IMG/VR virus record: IMGVR_UViG_3300032295_001396
Span: 1-29,403 of that record
From: a virus
Lineage: Duplodnaviria; Caudoviricetes
Reading direction: 5' to 3' (one strand)
DNA length: 29,403 nucleotides
A program made the translations under genes and the position numbers. Shown here piece by piece: positions 1-6,663 of the stretch (positions within the stretch are counted from its first letter, which is position 1; each line of letters starts with the position of its first letter). The notes beneath the pieces are model-generated. The model made no database searches. It was not told the DNA's origin and was given only the letters and a program-made list of their open reading frames with translations.

Positions 1-15
1 AACGGCAATTCATTA

Positions 16-219
16 TCAGGAATTATTATGTCCGTCATTTGTTGTTATTTTAATTTCTGTTTGTTTATTCTGTTCTTCCAAGTATCTCTCCTTGGCTTCT
101 TCATAAATCTTTTTCTTGAGCATCTCAAACTCCCAATACCCCTTCTTCATCTTCTCGTTTCTTGCTTTAACTCTCTTGTTATGTTCTTTTTTTCCGCCTC
201 TCAATTTACTTTTTGCCAT
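16..219 (-). CDS. Small basic hypothetical protein (67 aa)
   Basis: ORF track; Lys/Arg-rich N-terminus MAKSKLRGGKKEHNKRVKAR; start overlaps the end of the methyltransferase gene. Confidence 0.7.
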   Translation of the reverse strand: MAKSKLRGGKKEHNKRVKARNEKMKKGYWEFEMLKKKIYEEAKERYLEEQNKQTEIKITTNDGHNNS

Positions 220-1393
220 AGTTATTCTTTTCTAATTTCCATTTATATTCCCATAGTGTAAAGTTTCTCTTAAATCCACGAAGAATGTTTTTTATATTAT
301 TTACACAAGGTTTATCAAAGTGTTTTTCTATTTCAAGTGGGGTGTTGAATGATTGGATGAAGTTGTCGTCCATATCATACTGGTTGATTACATATTCTGG
401 TTCAAGTTTCCAAATAAACCCACCACGACTATCAAACTTTGTTCTGTTGTATGTCCTCATTATATCCCCATCCTGAACTCCTGTTGCTTTGGATGCTTCT
501 AATCTATTCTTGTAGTCCGCTATGTAATTACCATCAAGGTCATATTGAACTACTCTGTATTCATCCAACTCTTCACCTGATATTCTTTTTTTACCGAACT
601 CTGCGTATCTCTCATTCAACTCAAACCCGATGAAGTTTCTATTACCAATTTCATTACATGCTAATCCTGTCGTCATTATCCCACCGAATATATCAAGGAT
701 TGTATCCCCATCATCTGTGAGTAAGTTGATATAATATTTTGGTAAGTCCTTATGGAATGGTGCGGGGTGTTTTATTGAGTTGTCCCTTGCTGCTCCTGCT
801 GTTGAAAATCTCACCACATTATCAGGACGGATTTTATCACCAAGTATTCTGTTAGATTGTTCTTTAACTCTCTCACCATCAGTTATTCTACCTTGAACTA
901 AAACAACTTTACCACGAGCAAATCTCTCTGTTGAACCCTTTGATGGTTCTTCTAAAACTTTATCCATGTTAAACTTCAGGTTCTTTTGGTCTTTAACGAA
1001 GTGGAATATAAACTCTGTGGTATTTCTAAATCTCTTTGGACTACCATTAGGTATTCCGTTTCTCTTCCACCAAATGTAAGTGTCGTAAAACTTTAATTTG
1101 GTTTCCTTTTGACTACGATAAATTAGTTCGTAAATAAAGGGGTTTCTATACCCCGCCTTACAAGTATCGTTTATGTTTAGTATGAAACTACCACTCGGCT
1201 TTAAGACCCTCTGTATTTGACTAAAAATGGGTAATAACCAATCACAATAATCTTGAGGTTTCTGTATTGAGATGTTCTTACCATAATTCACTATGTCCGC
1301 ATAAGGTGGGGATGTGATAATCAGGTCTATTGAATTATCAGGTAATTCTTTAATCAACTCAAAACAATCTCCTATTTTAATTTCTGCTGGCAT
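206..1393 (-). CDS. Beta-class N4-C/N6-A DNA methyltransferase with two C-terminal NUMOD1-like DNA-binding modules
   Basis: GDC..LIK.LPDNSIDLIITSPPY (motif IV; SPPY is typical of N4-C enzymes), HPAPF, and motif I variant ILDIFGGIMTTG..IGFELNERY; C-terminal repeats VVQYDLDGNYIADY..GGFIWK and INQYDMDDNFIQSF..YKWK. Confidence 0.88.
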   Translation of the reverse strand: MPAEIKIGDCFELIKELPDNSIDLIITSPPYADIVNYGKNISIQKPQDYCDWLLPIFSQIQRVLKPSGSFILNINDTCKAGYRNPFIYELIYRSQKETKLKFYDTYIWWKRNGIPNGSPKRFRNTTEFIFHFVKDQKNLKFNMDKVLEEPSKGSTERFARGKVVLVQGRITDGERVKEQSNRILGDKIRPDNVVRFSTAGAARDNSIKHPAPFHKDLPKYYINLLTDDGDTILDIFGGIMTTGLACNEIGNRNFIGFELNERYAEFGKKRISGEELDEYRVVQYDLDGNYIADYKNRLEASKATGVQDGDIMRTYNRTKFDSRGGFIWKLEPEYVINQYDMDDNFIQSFNTPLEIEKHFDKPCVNNIKNILRGFKRNFTLWEYKWKLEKNNYGKK

Positions 1394-1505
1394 TACGCTT
1401 ATGAAAACTTGATTTACTTGAATGTTTATTATAGGACTTTACTGCCTTACCACTTTTCCTCTTACCGAATGTGGTTTTTCTGTTGGATGATGTAGATTTA
1501 GCCAT
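1377..1505 (-). CDS. Small very basic protein (42 aa, not in ORF track)
   Basis: Manual translation MAKSTSSNRKTTFGKRKSGKAVKSYNKHSSKSSFHKRNASRN; A-rich upstream (AATAAAAATCAA-ATG); overlaps the methyltransferase start. Confidence 0.7.
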   Translation of the reverse strand: MAKSTSSNRKTTFGKRKSGKAVKSYNKHSSKSSFHKRNASRN

Positions 1506-1578
1506 TTGATTTTTATTAGTTAGGGTATTGAATATTCTTCTATAAACTAAAATAACACCAATATCCTATAAATAAATA

Positions 1579-1612
1579 TGGGGAAGAAGTAAAAAAAATT
1601 ACAACTCCCCCA
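1579..1612 (-). terminator. Hairpin, possible terminator
   Basis: Minus strand UGGGGGAG-UU-GUAA-U6-UUAC-UU-CUUCCCCA (8+4 bp) followed by UAUUUAUUU. Confidence 0.45.
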
Positions 1613-1669
1613 ATTTTTCACACAAGAAAACAAAACTAACGATTGGTATTCCAACCTCATATTATATGG

Positions 1670-1996
1670 TTATTGACCCCCATTTATTAGATGAGAATAT
1701 CTTTTTTCAAGGTTTTTACAGATATTATGGAAACATTTACCACATCCTGGCGATTTTTTTTGTTTTAATTCTCTGTTATAGAACCCATAGATGTATGCTA
1801 TTTCATCTCTTGATAGTCCATACTTCTTTATCAACTTCATTACATTATCCCATTCTTGTCTGGTTGATAATCCAAATGATAGTTCAACTTCTTTTTCTTT
1901 ATCACACTCTTCACAATCTCTCTCTTTATCTGTGAAGAATAACTGCTCGTTCAATTGCTCTTCTGTTTGCGTCGTCTGTGTCTGCTCCGTATTCAT
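1670..1996 (-). CDS. Small Cys-motif (probable Zn-binding) phage protein
   Basis: CEEC and PGCGKC motifs; co-oriented and overlapping the upstream gene. Confidence 0.7.
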   Translation of the reverse strand: MNTEQTQTTQTEEQLNEQLFFTDKERDCEECDKEKEVELSFGLSTRQEWDNVMKLIKKYGLSRDEIAYIYGFYNRELKQKKSPGCGKCFHNICKNLEKRYSHLINGGQ

Positions 1997-2144
1997 AGTT
2001 CCATCTTTTTTTGTTGCGTATTGAGTTTATGTGTTTTCTTGATACACCGAACATATCTGCGATTTCTCTATCAAATAGAATAGTATTATCACATAAGTCC
2101 CTGATGAGTTCAACATCTTTTTTATCTAATTTGATTAGTCCCAT
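1926..2144 (-). CDS. Stand-alone helix-turn-helix protein
   Basis: KLDKKDVELIR..REIADMFGVSRKHINSIRNKKRW resembles the C-terminal HTH of phage HNH endonucleases. Confidence 0.75.
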   Translation of the reverse strand: MGLIKLDKKDVELIRDLCDNTILFDREIADMFGVSRKHINSIRNKKRWNYEYGADTDDANRRAIERAVILHR

Positions 2145-2638
2145 TTTTCACTCCATTTTGATTTAACCCACGCCTTCATTTCGTTTATTGTTATTCGTAT
2201 TGAGTATCGTGGTATTTTAGTTTTCTTATGTATAGGTTCAATCTTCCTGTGTTCCATATACATCCTGAATAAACCCACATTATACCAGTTGTCGGGATTA
2301 TTCTTGAGTTCATCGTCAAGTAGAGAGTTTAACCATTCTACACTTGGTCTCTCTTGATAGGCGACATCTTCTTCATCAGGTATATCTAATGCTTCACTAC
2401 TGAAGTTTCTATATGTCTTCTTGAACTTTGAGTTATTGGAATAGAATTGATTGGTGATGGTTCTGGTTAGGAAATACATTTGTTCCTGTTCGGTCTGTAG
2501 GTTATTCCATTTCTCATTTGTTCCAAGTTGAATTAGAACATCATGTAGAAGGTCAATATACCTCTCGTCTCCTTTGGTTATTCGCTTTGCGAGTTCTTTG
2601 TATTGTTTGTATCGTTGTTCCAACATAAGTGGTTCCAA
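2135..2638 (-). CDS. ECF/sigma-70-like phage transcription factor
   Basis: Region-2-like LAKRITKGDERYIDLLHDVLIQL and region-4-like LFRMY..IHKKTKIPRYSIRITINEMK; 167 aa. Confidence 0.6.
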   Translation of the reverse strand: MEPLMLEQRYKQYKELAKRITKGDERYIDLLHDVLIQLGTNEKWNNLQTEQEQMYFLTRTITNQFYSNNSKFKKTYRNFSSEALDIPDEEDVAYQERPSVEWLNSLLDDELKNNPDNWYNVGLFRMYMEHRKIEPIHKKTKIPRYSIRITINEMKAWVKSKWSEKWD

Positions 2639-3105
2639 CTACCTCTCTTAAATGTCGTGTAAAGGTAATTGCTTGGTATTTGGTATTCATAAGATAAAGT
2701 CCATACAGATACACCATTATTTCTTTTGGTTAGTATTTCTCTCTTCTTATCATCATCCAAATTATATTTGTTTATCCTCTTACCATAAGTATTCTTCTTC
2801 ATACAATTTAATCTGTTTGAGATACATGCGAGGTTCTCAATCCTGTTGTTCTTTGGGTTCCCGTCTATGTGGTCTATTGTATCAGGACAATCACAATCGT
2901 TAAAGGCTGCCCATACCATTCTTGAAACCTTCTTGGTATATGCTTTATTCTTGTATGAGATACAAACCTTTTGATAATCTCTATTATCAACTGGTGATTG
3001 AGCCATGATTGTATCTCTCTTGATGTTCTTTATTCTACCGAGATTTGATGCTGCGTATGTTGGATACATCGGTATTTGTCTCCATACTTCTTGTTCGTTA
3101 TTCAT
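2578..3105 (-). CDS. NUMOD4-HNH homing-type endonuclease with C-terminal HTH
   Basis: NUMOD4 EVWRQIPMYPTYAASNLGRIK; HNH-type IDHIDGNPKNNRIENL..N. Confidence 0.88.
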   Translation of the reverse strand: MNNEQEVWRQIPMYPTYAASNLGRIKNIKRDTIMAQSPVDNRDYQKVCISYKNKAYTKKVSRMVWAAFNDCDCPDTIDHIDGNPKNNRIENLACISNRLNCMKKNTYGKRINKYNLDDDKKREILTKRNNGVSVWTLSYEYQIPSNYLYTTFKRGSWNHLCWNNDTNNTKNSQSE

Positions 3106-3265
3106 AATTACAATAATTTACATTCATACCATCCCCGATGGCTTGTTCGTATTCTTCTTTTTCTATTTGTTTATTCTGTATCCACATTTCATACTCATCA
3201 TCAAACATAAGGTCAAAGTCCTCTGCTGATAGGTAATCGTGGTGATATTGTTTTAGTGCTCCCAT
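3098..3265 (-). CDS. Small acidic hypothetical protein (55 aa, not in ORF track)
   Basis: Manual translation MGALKQYHHDYLSAEDFDLMFDDEYEMWIQNKQIEKEEYEQAIGDGMNVNYCNYE; fills the gap exactly (1 nt after the upstream stop, 8-nt overlap with the HNH start). Confidence 0.7.
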   Translation of the reverse strand: MGALKQYHHDYLSAEDFDLMFDDEYEMWIQNKQIEKEEYEQAIGDGMNVNYCNYE

Positions 3266-3266
3266 T

Positions 3267-3461
3267 TTATCTAAAGTTGTTATATGTGTTGTTGAATTGT
3301 TCTATCTCAAGGTAAGTCATACCACACCTTGAAACTTTATTATCCCAATCGTATTGTAGCATGTCTGCTATTTCTTGGTCTTTTGATTTAACCTTGTTGG
3401 TTAGGATTTGTTCTATATCCCATTCTTGTAGAGTGTCCCCGCTGATTAGTAGTGTCTTCAT
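3267..3461 (-). CDS. Hypothetical protein (64 aa)
   Basis: Track ORF 3267..3470; start moved to ATG at 3461, which gives TAA-T-ATG spacing with the upstream gene. Confidence 0.65.
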   Translation of the reverse strand: MKTLLISGDTLQEWDIEQILTNKVKSKDQEIADMLQYDWDNKVSRCGMTYLEIEQFNNTYNNFR

Positions 3462-3462
3462 A

Positions 3463-3729
3463 TTAGTCAATTCTTTTTAGTGGGCATTTATATTGATTAC
3501 CGAAACGATAAGTTAGGAACTCATACTCGTATTTGTATTTCAAGTTAGAGAATACAACTACAGGTCTATTGTATTGGTTTGCTTCTACCCTAATAGTCAT
3601 AGAACATTTCTTATCATACTTGTTAGTGTAAGTCATAGTTGCTTTTTCACCTGATACAAGTAATTCTTGTCTAATAATCTCAAACTCTCTGTATGAAGTT
3701 TTACCGAAGTCAAAAGTTTTGTTTTCCAT
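3463..3729 (-). CDS. Hypothetical protein (88 aa)
   Basis: ORF track; downstream of a repeated promoter; A-rich leader. Confidence 0.7.
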   Translation of the reverse strand: MENKTFDFGKTSYREFEIIRQELLVSGEKATMTYTNKYDKKCSMTIRVEANQYNRPVVVFSNLKYKYEYEFLTYRFGNQYKCPLKRID

Positions 3730-3752
3730 TTTTCTATTATTTTAGTTTCTTA

Positions 3753-3787
3753 TTTAATAAATATATCACAACATCTACAAAAGTCAA
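3753..3787 (-). promoter_or_regulatory. Promoter, copy 1 of a 35-bp direct repeat
   Basis: Minus strand TTG-N19-TATATTTA, resembling Bacteroidota TTTG-N19-21-TAnnTTTG; 34/35 identical to 4085..4119. Confidence 0.7.
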
Positions 3788-3829
3788 TATCTACAAAGAA
3801 ATATTTTTATTTTTTTTTGAGAGTAGTGA

Positions 3830-4057
3830 TTATGAACCTATAACCCACATTTCATCGGTATTCCAATTTATTTTTTTAGATACTTCAACAACATAGTCAG
3901 TATAGTCGTGGCAAGGACTATCAACTTTATTTTTCTTCAATACCTTATGAAGATACTTTGTTCTCTCTTCATCGTTCTCAAACTCAAATTGTGTCTTAAA
4001 AGACATTACTACTGGATAGTCAATAAAAATCTCGGTGTAAGTTTTGTTCTTTTTCAT
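3830..4057 (-). CDS. Hypothetical protein (75 aa)
   Basis: ORF track; lies between the two promoter repeats. Confidence 0.7.
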   Translation of the reverse strand: MKKNKTYTEIFIDYPVVMSFKTQFEFENDEERTKYLHKVLKKNKVDSPCHDYTDYVVEVSKKINWNTDEMWVIGS

Positions 4058-4084
4058 ATTCTATAAGGTGTTTTTTCTTCCTTC

Positions 4085-4119
4085 TTTAATAAATATAACA
4101 CAACATCTACAAAAGTCAA
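4085..4119 (-). promoter_or_regulatory. Promoter, copy 2 of a 35-bp direct repeat
   Basis: Minus strand TTTG-N19-TATATTTA; 34/35 identical to 3753..3787. Confidence 0.7.
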
Positions 4120-4192
4120 ATCCTACAAGAATATATTTTTTTATTTTTTTTATTTGGATATAATACTTACCTTCGTTGAAACAAAAAAAACT

Positions 4193-4435
4193 ATGACTAC
4201 CTACACATTAAAGAAAAGGATTACAAAGAAATACGGACAATTTACAGCAGTTGTTGAAGAGTGGAATGATGGCAAACAAATATTCCAACAGGTTAGAAAA
4301 GTTAGAAAAGGAACAAGACAGTTCGGTCAAAGTATGTTATATGGTATTTCCCCTATTGAGAGAGGTGGTTGCTATGATATGACTTCTGTAATGAAGGCTA
4401 TTAAATGCGATGTAAAAATGTTCTATGAGGATTAA
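4193..4435 (+). CDS. Hypothetical basic protein (80 aa), the only convincing plus-strand gene
   Basis: ATG at 4193 after AAACAAAAAAAACT; occupies a gap with no minus-strand gene; stop shares TTAA (4432-4435) with the convergent gene. Confidence 0.7.
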   Translation: MTTYTLKKRITKKYGQFTAVVEEWNDGKQIFQQVRKVRKGTRQFGQSMLYGISPIERGGCYDMTSVMKAIKCDVKMFYED

Positions 4436-4797
4436 GCCATAGCAGTCATCATCTCCCCATCACTTGACCTCTTATCTACTTTGGTAATATAAAGATTTTC
4501 CAGAGTAGTTAGGAGGTTTTCCATTTCTGCCTGATACTCTTGTGTTGATAGAGTATAAATGTCCCTCTCCTTGAGTTGTAATTTAAGGTCTAATGTTGAT
4601 AGGAATATGTGAGCAATTGTCTCACCGAACTCTCTTTTGAGTTTTCTATAACTCTGTATGGTAAAGTAATCAAACTCTAATGGTTCAAGGAACATAGATG
4701 TTAGTTCCTTACTGATTGTCTCAACAGGAAACTTATATGTAGGATTATCTTGAACTACACTTGTAAGTAAAGGTATTAGTGCTTGCTGTTGTTCCAT
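4432..4797 (-). CDS. Hypothetical protein (121 aa)
   Basis: Track ORF 4432..4848; start moved to ATG 4797 (MEQQQALI) because the upstream part is a hairpin and U-tract. Confidence 0.65.
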   Translation of the reverse strand: MEQQQALIPLLTSVVQDNPTYKFPVETISKELTSMFLEPLEFDYFTIQSYRKLKREFGETIAHIFLSTLDLKLQLKERDIYTLSTQEYQAEMENLLTTLENLYITKVDKRSSDGEMMTAMA

Positions 4798-4799
4798 AG

Positions 4800-4873
4800 A
4801 AAAAAAAAGAGGGGAGGAATAATAGAATAATGGATAATGGAAGCACAATTAGAATTGTAAAGACCCCCCCTCT
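4800..4873 (-). terminator. Terminator/attenuator-like stem with a 46-nt loop
   Basis: AGAGGGGGGG (4873-4864) pairs with CCUCCCCUCU (4817-4808), followed by a U8 tract. Confidence 0.5.
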
Positions 4874-4879
4874 ATATCT

Positions 4880-5104
4880 TTAACTAAACTCAAACTGGCT
4901 GACTTCGTTGTCTCCGTTGAGTTTGTATTTTATCTTATGACCTATAAGGCCTGGCTGTATTGGTTCTTCAGTTTCAATTAGTAAAGGTTCATCTATACCT
5001 TCAAGAATTAGATTATAGAATAACTTACTTGGTCTTACTTGATTGTATTTCTTCTCTACTTTAATCAACTTACAATCTAAAATCTTATGTTCTTTACCTT
5101 TCAT
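4880..5104 (-). CDS. Hypothetical protein (74 aa)
   Basis: ORF track; preceded by the GATATTTATTAG motif. Confidence 0.7.
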   Translation of the reverse strand: MKGKEHKILDCKLIKVEKKYNQVRPSKLFYNLILEGIDEPLLIETEEPIQPGLIGHKIKYKLNGDNEVSQFEFS

Positions 5105-5105
5105 A

Positions 5106-5117
5106 CTAATAAATATC
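5106..5117 (-). promoter_or_regulatory. GATATTTATTAG phage promoter-like motif
   Basis: Identical 12-mer also found 2-3 nt before the ATGs at 8686, 16548 and 22225. Confidence 0.65.
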
Positions 5118-5133
5118 TAAAAAAATAAAAAAA

Positions 5134-5217
5134 TCAATTCTGTCTCCTTTTTCTTACTAATAAAACTGCTATAAAATAACCTATGAATATTTGTAATGCT
5201 AATAAATCTATTTTCAT
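5134..5217 (-). CDS. 27-aa single-pass membrane peptide (not in ORF track)
   Basis: Manual translation MKIDLLALQIFIGYFIAVLLVRKRRQN: hydrophobic stretch followed by a basic tail. Confidence 0.5.
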   Translation of the reverse strand: MKIDLLALQIFIGYFIAVLLVRKRRQN

Positions 5218-5220
5218 ACC

Positions 5221-5510
5221 AGTTGCTATTCTAATTCCTATTACCGAAGGTTCTTATTTACGGGTTGATATGTGAGTGCTTATCCCATAGTTTTCACTAT
5301 AGAATAACACACTCATAGTCATTACTTATTTGACTGGGAGGTTATAGTATCAAGGGAAACTATAACTTGGAAGCAACTTTAGATTGACCCTTCAACCTAT
5401 CTATTATACACCTTCTTCCTTTGTGCTGGTGCTGACTTGTAATATAGATTATCCCCTTGTAAGTCGTTAAAGAATAAACGCAAGTGTTATGTTTCCGCCC
5501 ATTTATTCCT
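5221..5510 (-). ncRNA. Candidate ~290-nt structured RNA of unknown family
   Basis: No ORF in the track; at least seven stems found by eye; the non-canonical pairs are G-U on the minus strand; GAAA tetraloop; 8-bp loop-loop complementarity; promoter immediately upstream. Confidence 0.65.
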
Positions 5511-5515
5511 AACAA

Positions 5516-5545
5516 TAAATATAACTAAAATTGGAAAAAGTCAAA
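5516..5545 (-). promoter_or_regulatory. Promoter for the structured RNA candidate
   Basis: TTTG (5545-5542)-N18-TATATTTA (5523-5516), same design as the 3753 and 4085 promoters; first stem starts at 5510. Confidence 0.6.
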
Positions 5546-6053
5546 TCAATCCCAACTCTTTTGGAGAATATTGGATAGATTTTTCGTAAGTTCTTTTTTT
5601 CTCTTTGAGATTGTATTTGAGACAGAACTGCTCATGTATGTTTTTCGTGAGGTCATACCCAATAGATTTGAGAAAACTATATGTCTCAAGCCAATCCTCT
5701 TTACTAACACTATACAAGGTTGGGCCTACTTCTCTTTTGATTAGTTTTTTCTTATTGGATTTTTCTTTTTTGATACACAGATTTCCACTACTAACACACT
5801 TCTTACATTTGCCAGAATATCCACTTGATACATTCCTGTTTTTGTAGTATTCAGTTAGGGGTTTCTGTTTTTGGCACGAACAACAAACCCTATTTCCTTC
5901 GTCTATTTTTTTTTCCATCTTTAATCCTTGTGATACGCAAACCTTACAAACTTTGCGTCTGTATCCGTTCTTACCTGTGATGGTATAACTTGTGATAGAT
6001 TTTTCCTTTTTACAAACCCCACAAATCTTCTTATTTTCGTCGTCTTTAATCAT
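5541..6053 (-). CDS. Double zinc-ribbon protein
   Basis: CGVCKKEK..CKVC and CCSCQKQKPLTEYY..CKKC, like the N-terminal Zn ribbons of phage HNH/endonuclease VII proteins; no nuclease motif seen. Confidence 0.75.
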   Translation of the reverse strand: MIKDDENKKICGVCKKEKSITSYTITGKNGYRRKVCKVCVSQGLKMEKKIDEGNRVCCSCQKQKPLTEYYKNRNVSSGYSGKCKKCVSSGNLCIKKEKSNKKKLIKREVGPTLYSVSKEDWLETYSFLKSIGYDLTKNIHEQFCLKYNLKEKKRTYEKSIQYSPKELGLI

Positions 6054-6060
6054 AATGATA

Positions 6061-6090
6061 TAAGTATATCAAAATAATAAAATAACTCAA
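6061..6090 (-). promoter_or_regulatory. Promoter-like element
   Basis: TTG-N19-TATACTTA, 7 nt before ATG 6053. Confidence 0.5.
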
Positions 6091-6117
6091 GGAAGGGGTG
6101 TTTCTGTTCGTCTGGTG

Positions 6118-6660
6118 TTATTTCCAACCCTTCGCTAAAGATGCGATATATCTTTGTTGGTATTGTCCGTAGCAGAAACCAGCACGAACACCTCTATCTT
6201 TTTTCTTCTCTCTAACCATCTCATCACCCATACAACGACCCATAAACTCATTTAGAGTTTCTTTAGCCTTTGGTGAATACTCAAACTTTGTTCTACCAAA
6301 ATCAGCACTCATACCAACTACTCCTCCTTGTTGTCCGTCATTAGGTTTTCTTGAAGAACAAGCATCTTTAGCATACTTCTCTGTGTATCCTGCTGACTGG
6401 TGTTTCTCCATACAATCGGTAGTAGGTAGTGTAGCAAACTCTTCACTCTCTTTTGTTGCGTAATTGAACCCTTGTGCGACCTCTGTTTCAAGTTCGTCTG
6501 TTGTGTCTGTAATGTCCTCTGTTCCCATTTCTTTTTTATCCCAATAAGAATAACACACGGCTAATCTTTGGTCTTGTTCTGGTAAAGCGTCTTTTTCAAC
6601 ACTCATACATCTTGAGATAAAATCTTGTTCGGTTTCGTTTGCTTCAGGTTTGATAGGCAT
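6118..6660 (-). CDS. Small multi-module Cys-helical protein, possibly internal to the head
   Basis: Two copies of P...E....F..RCM..R.A.CY (N- and C-terminal) flanking a third C..C module. Confidence 0.65.
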   Translation of the reverse strand: MPIKPEANETEQDFISRCMSVEKDALPEQDQRLAVCYSYWDKKEMGTEDITDTTDELETEVAQGFNYATKESEEFATLPTTDCMEKHQSAGYTEKYAKDACSSRKPNDGQQGGVVGMSADFGRTKFEYSPKAKETLNEFMGRCMGDEMVREKKKDRGVRAGFCYGQYQQRYIASLAKGWK

Positions 6661-6663
6661 AAA

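Noticed and set aside
1-13. Possible next gene starting at ATG 13 on the minus strand
   Set aside because: Only four codons are visible, so it cannot be supported
3753-4150. TTGTAGAT on the minus strand resembles the 3' end of Cas12a repeats (possible mini-CRISPR)
   Set aside because: The complementary TCTAC arm is missing on that strand, there are only two units about 330 nt apart with a gene between them, and a promoter explains the sequence
4798-4848. N-terminal extension MCFHYPLFYYSSPLFFS, or a second slippery site at the A-tract near 4800
   Set aside because: The sequence is better explained as the hairpin and U-tract; no upstream frame runs into it
5221-5510. Group I intron, tmRNA or tRNA identity for the structured region
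   Set aside because: No interrupted gene on the flanks, no recognisable P7 (R/S) elements in order, no tRNA-like ends or T-loop
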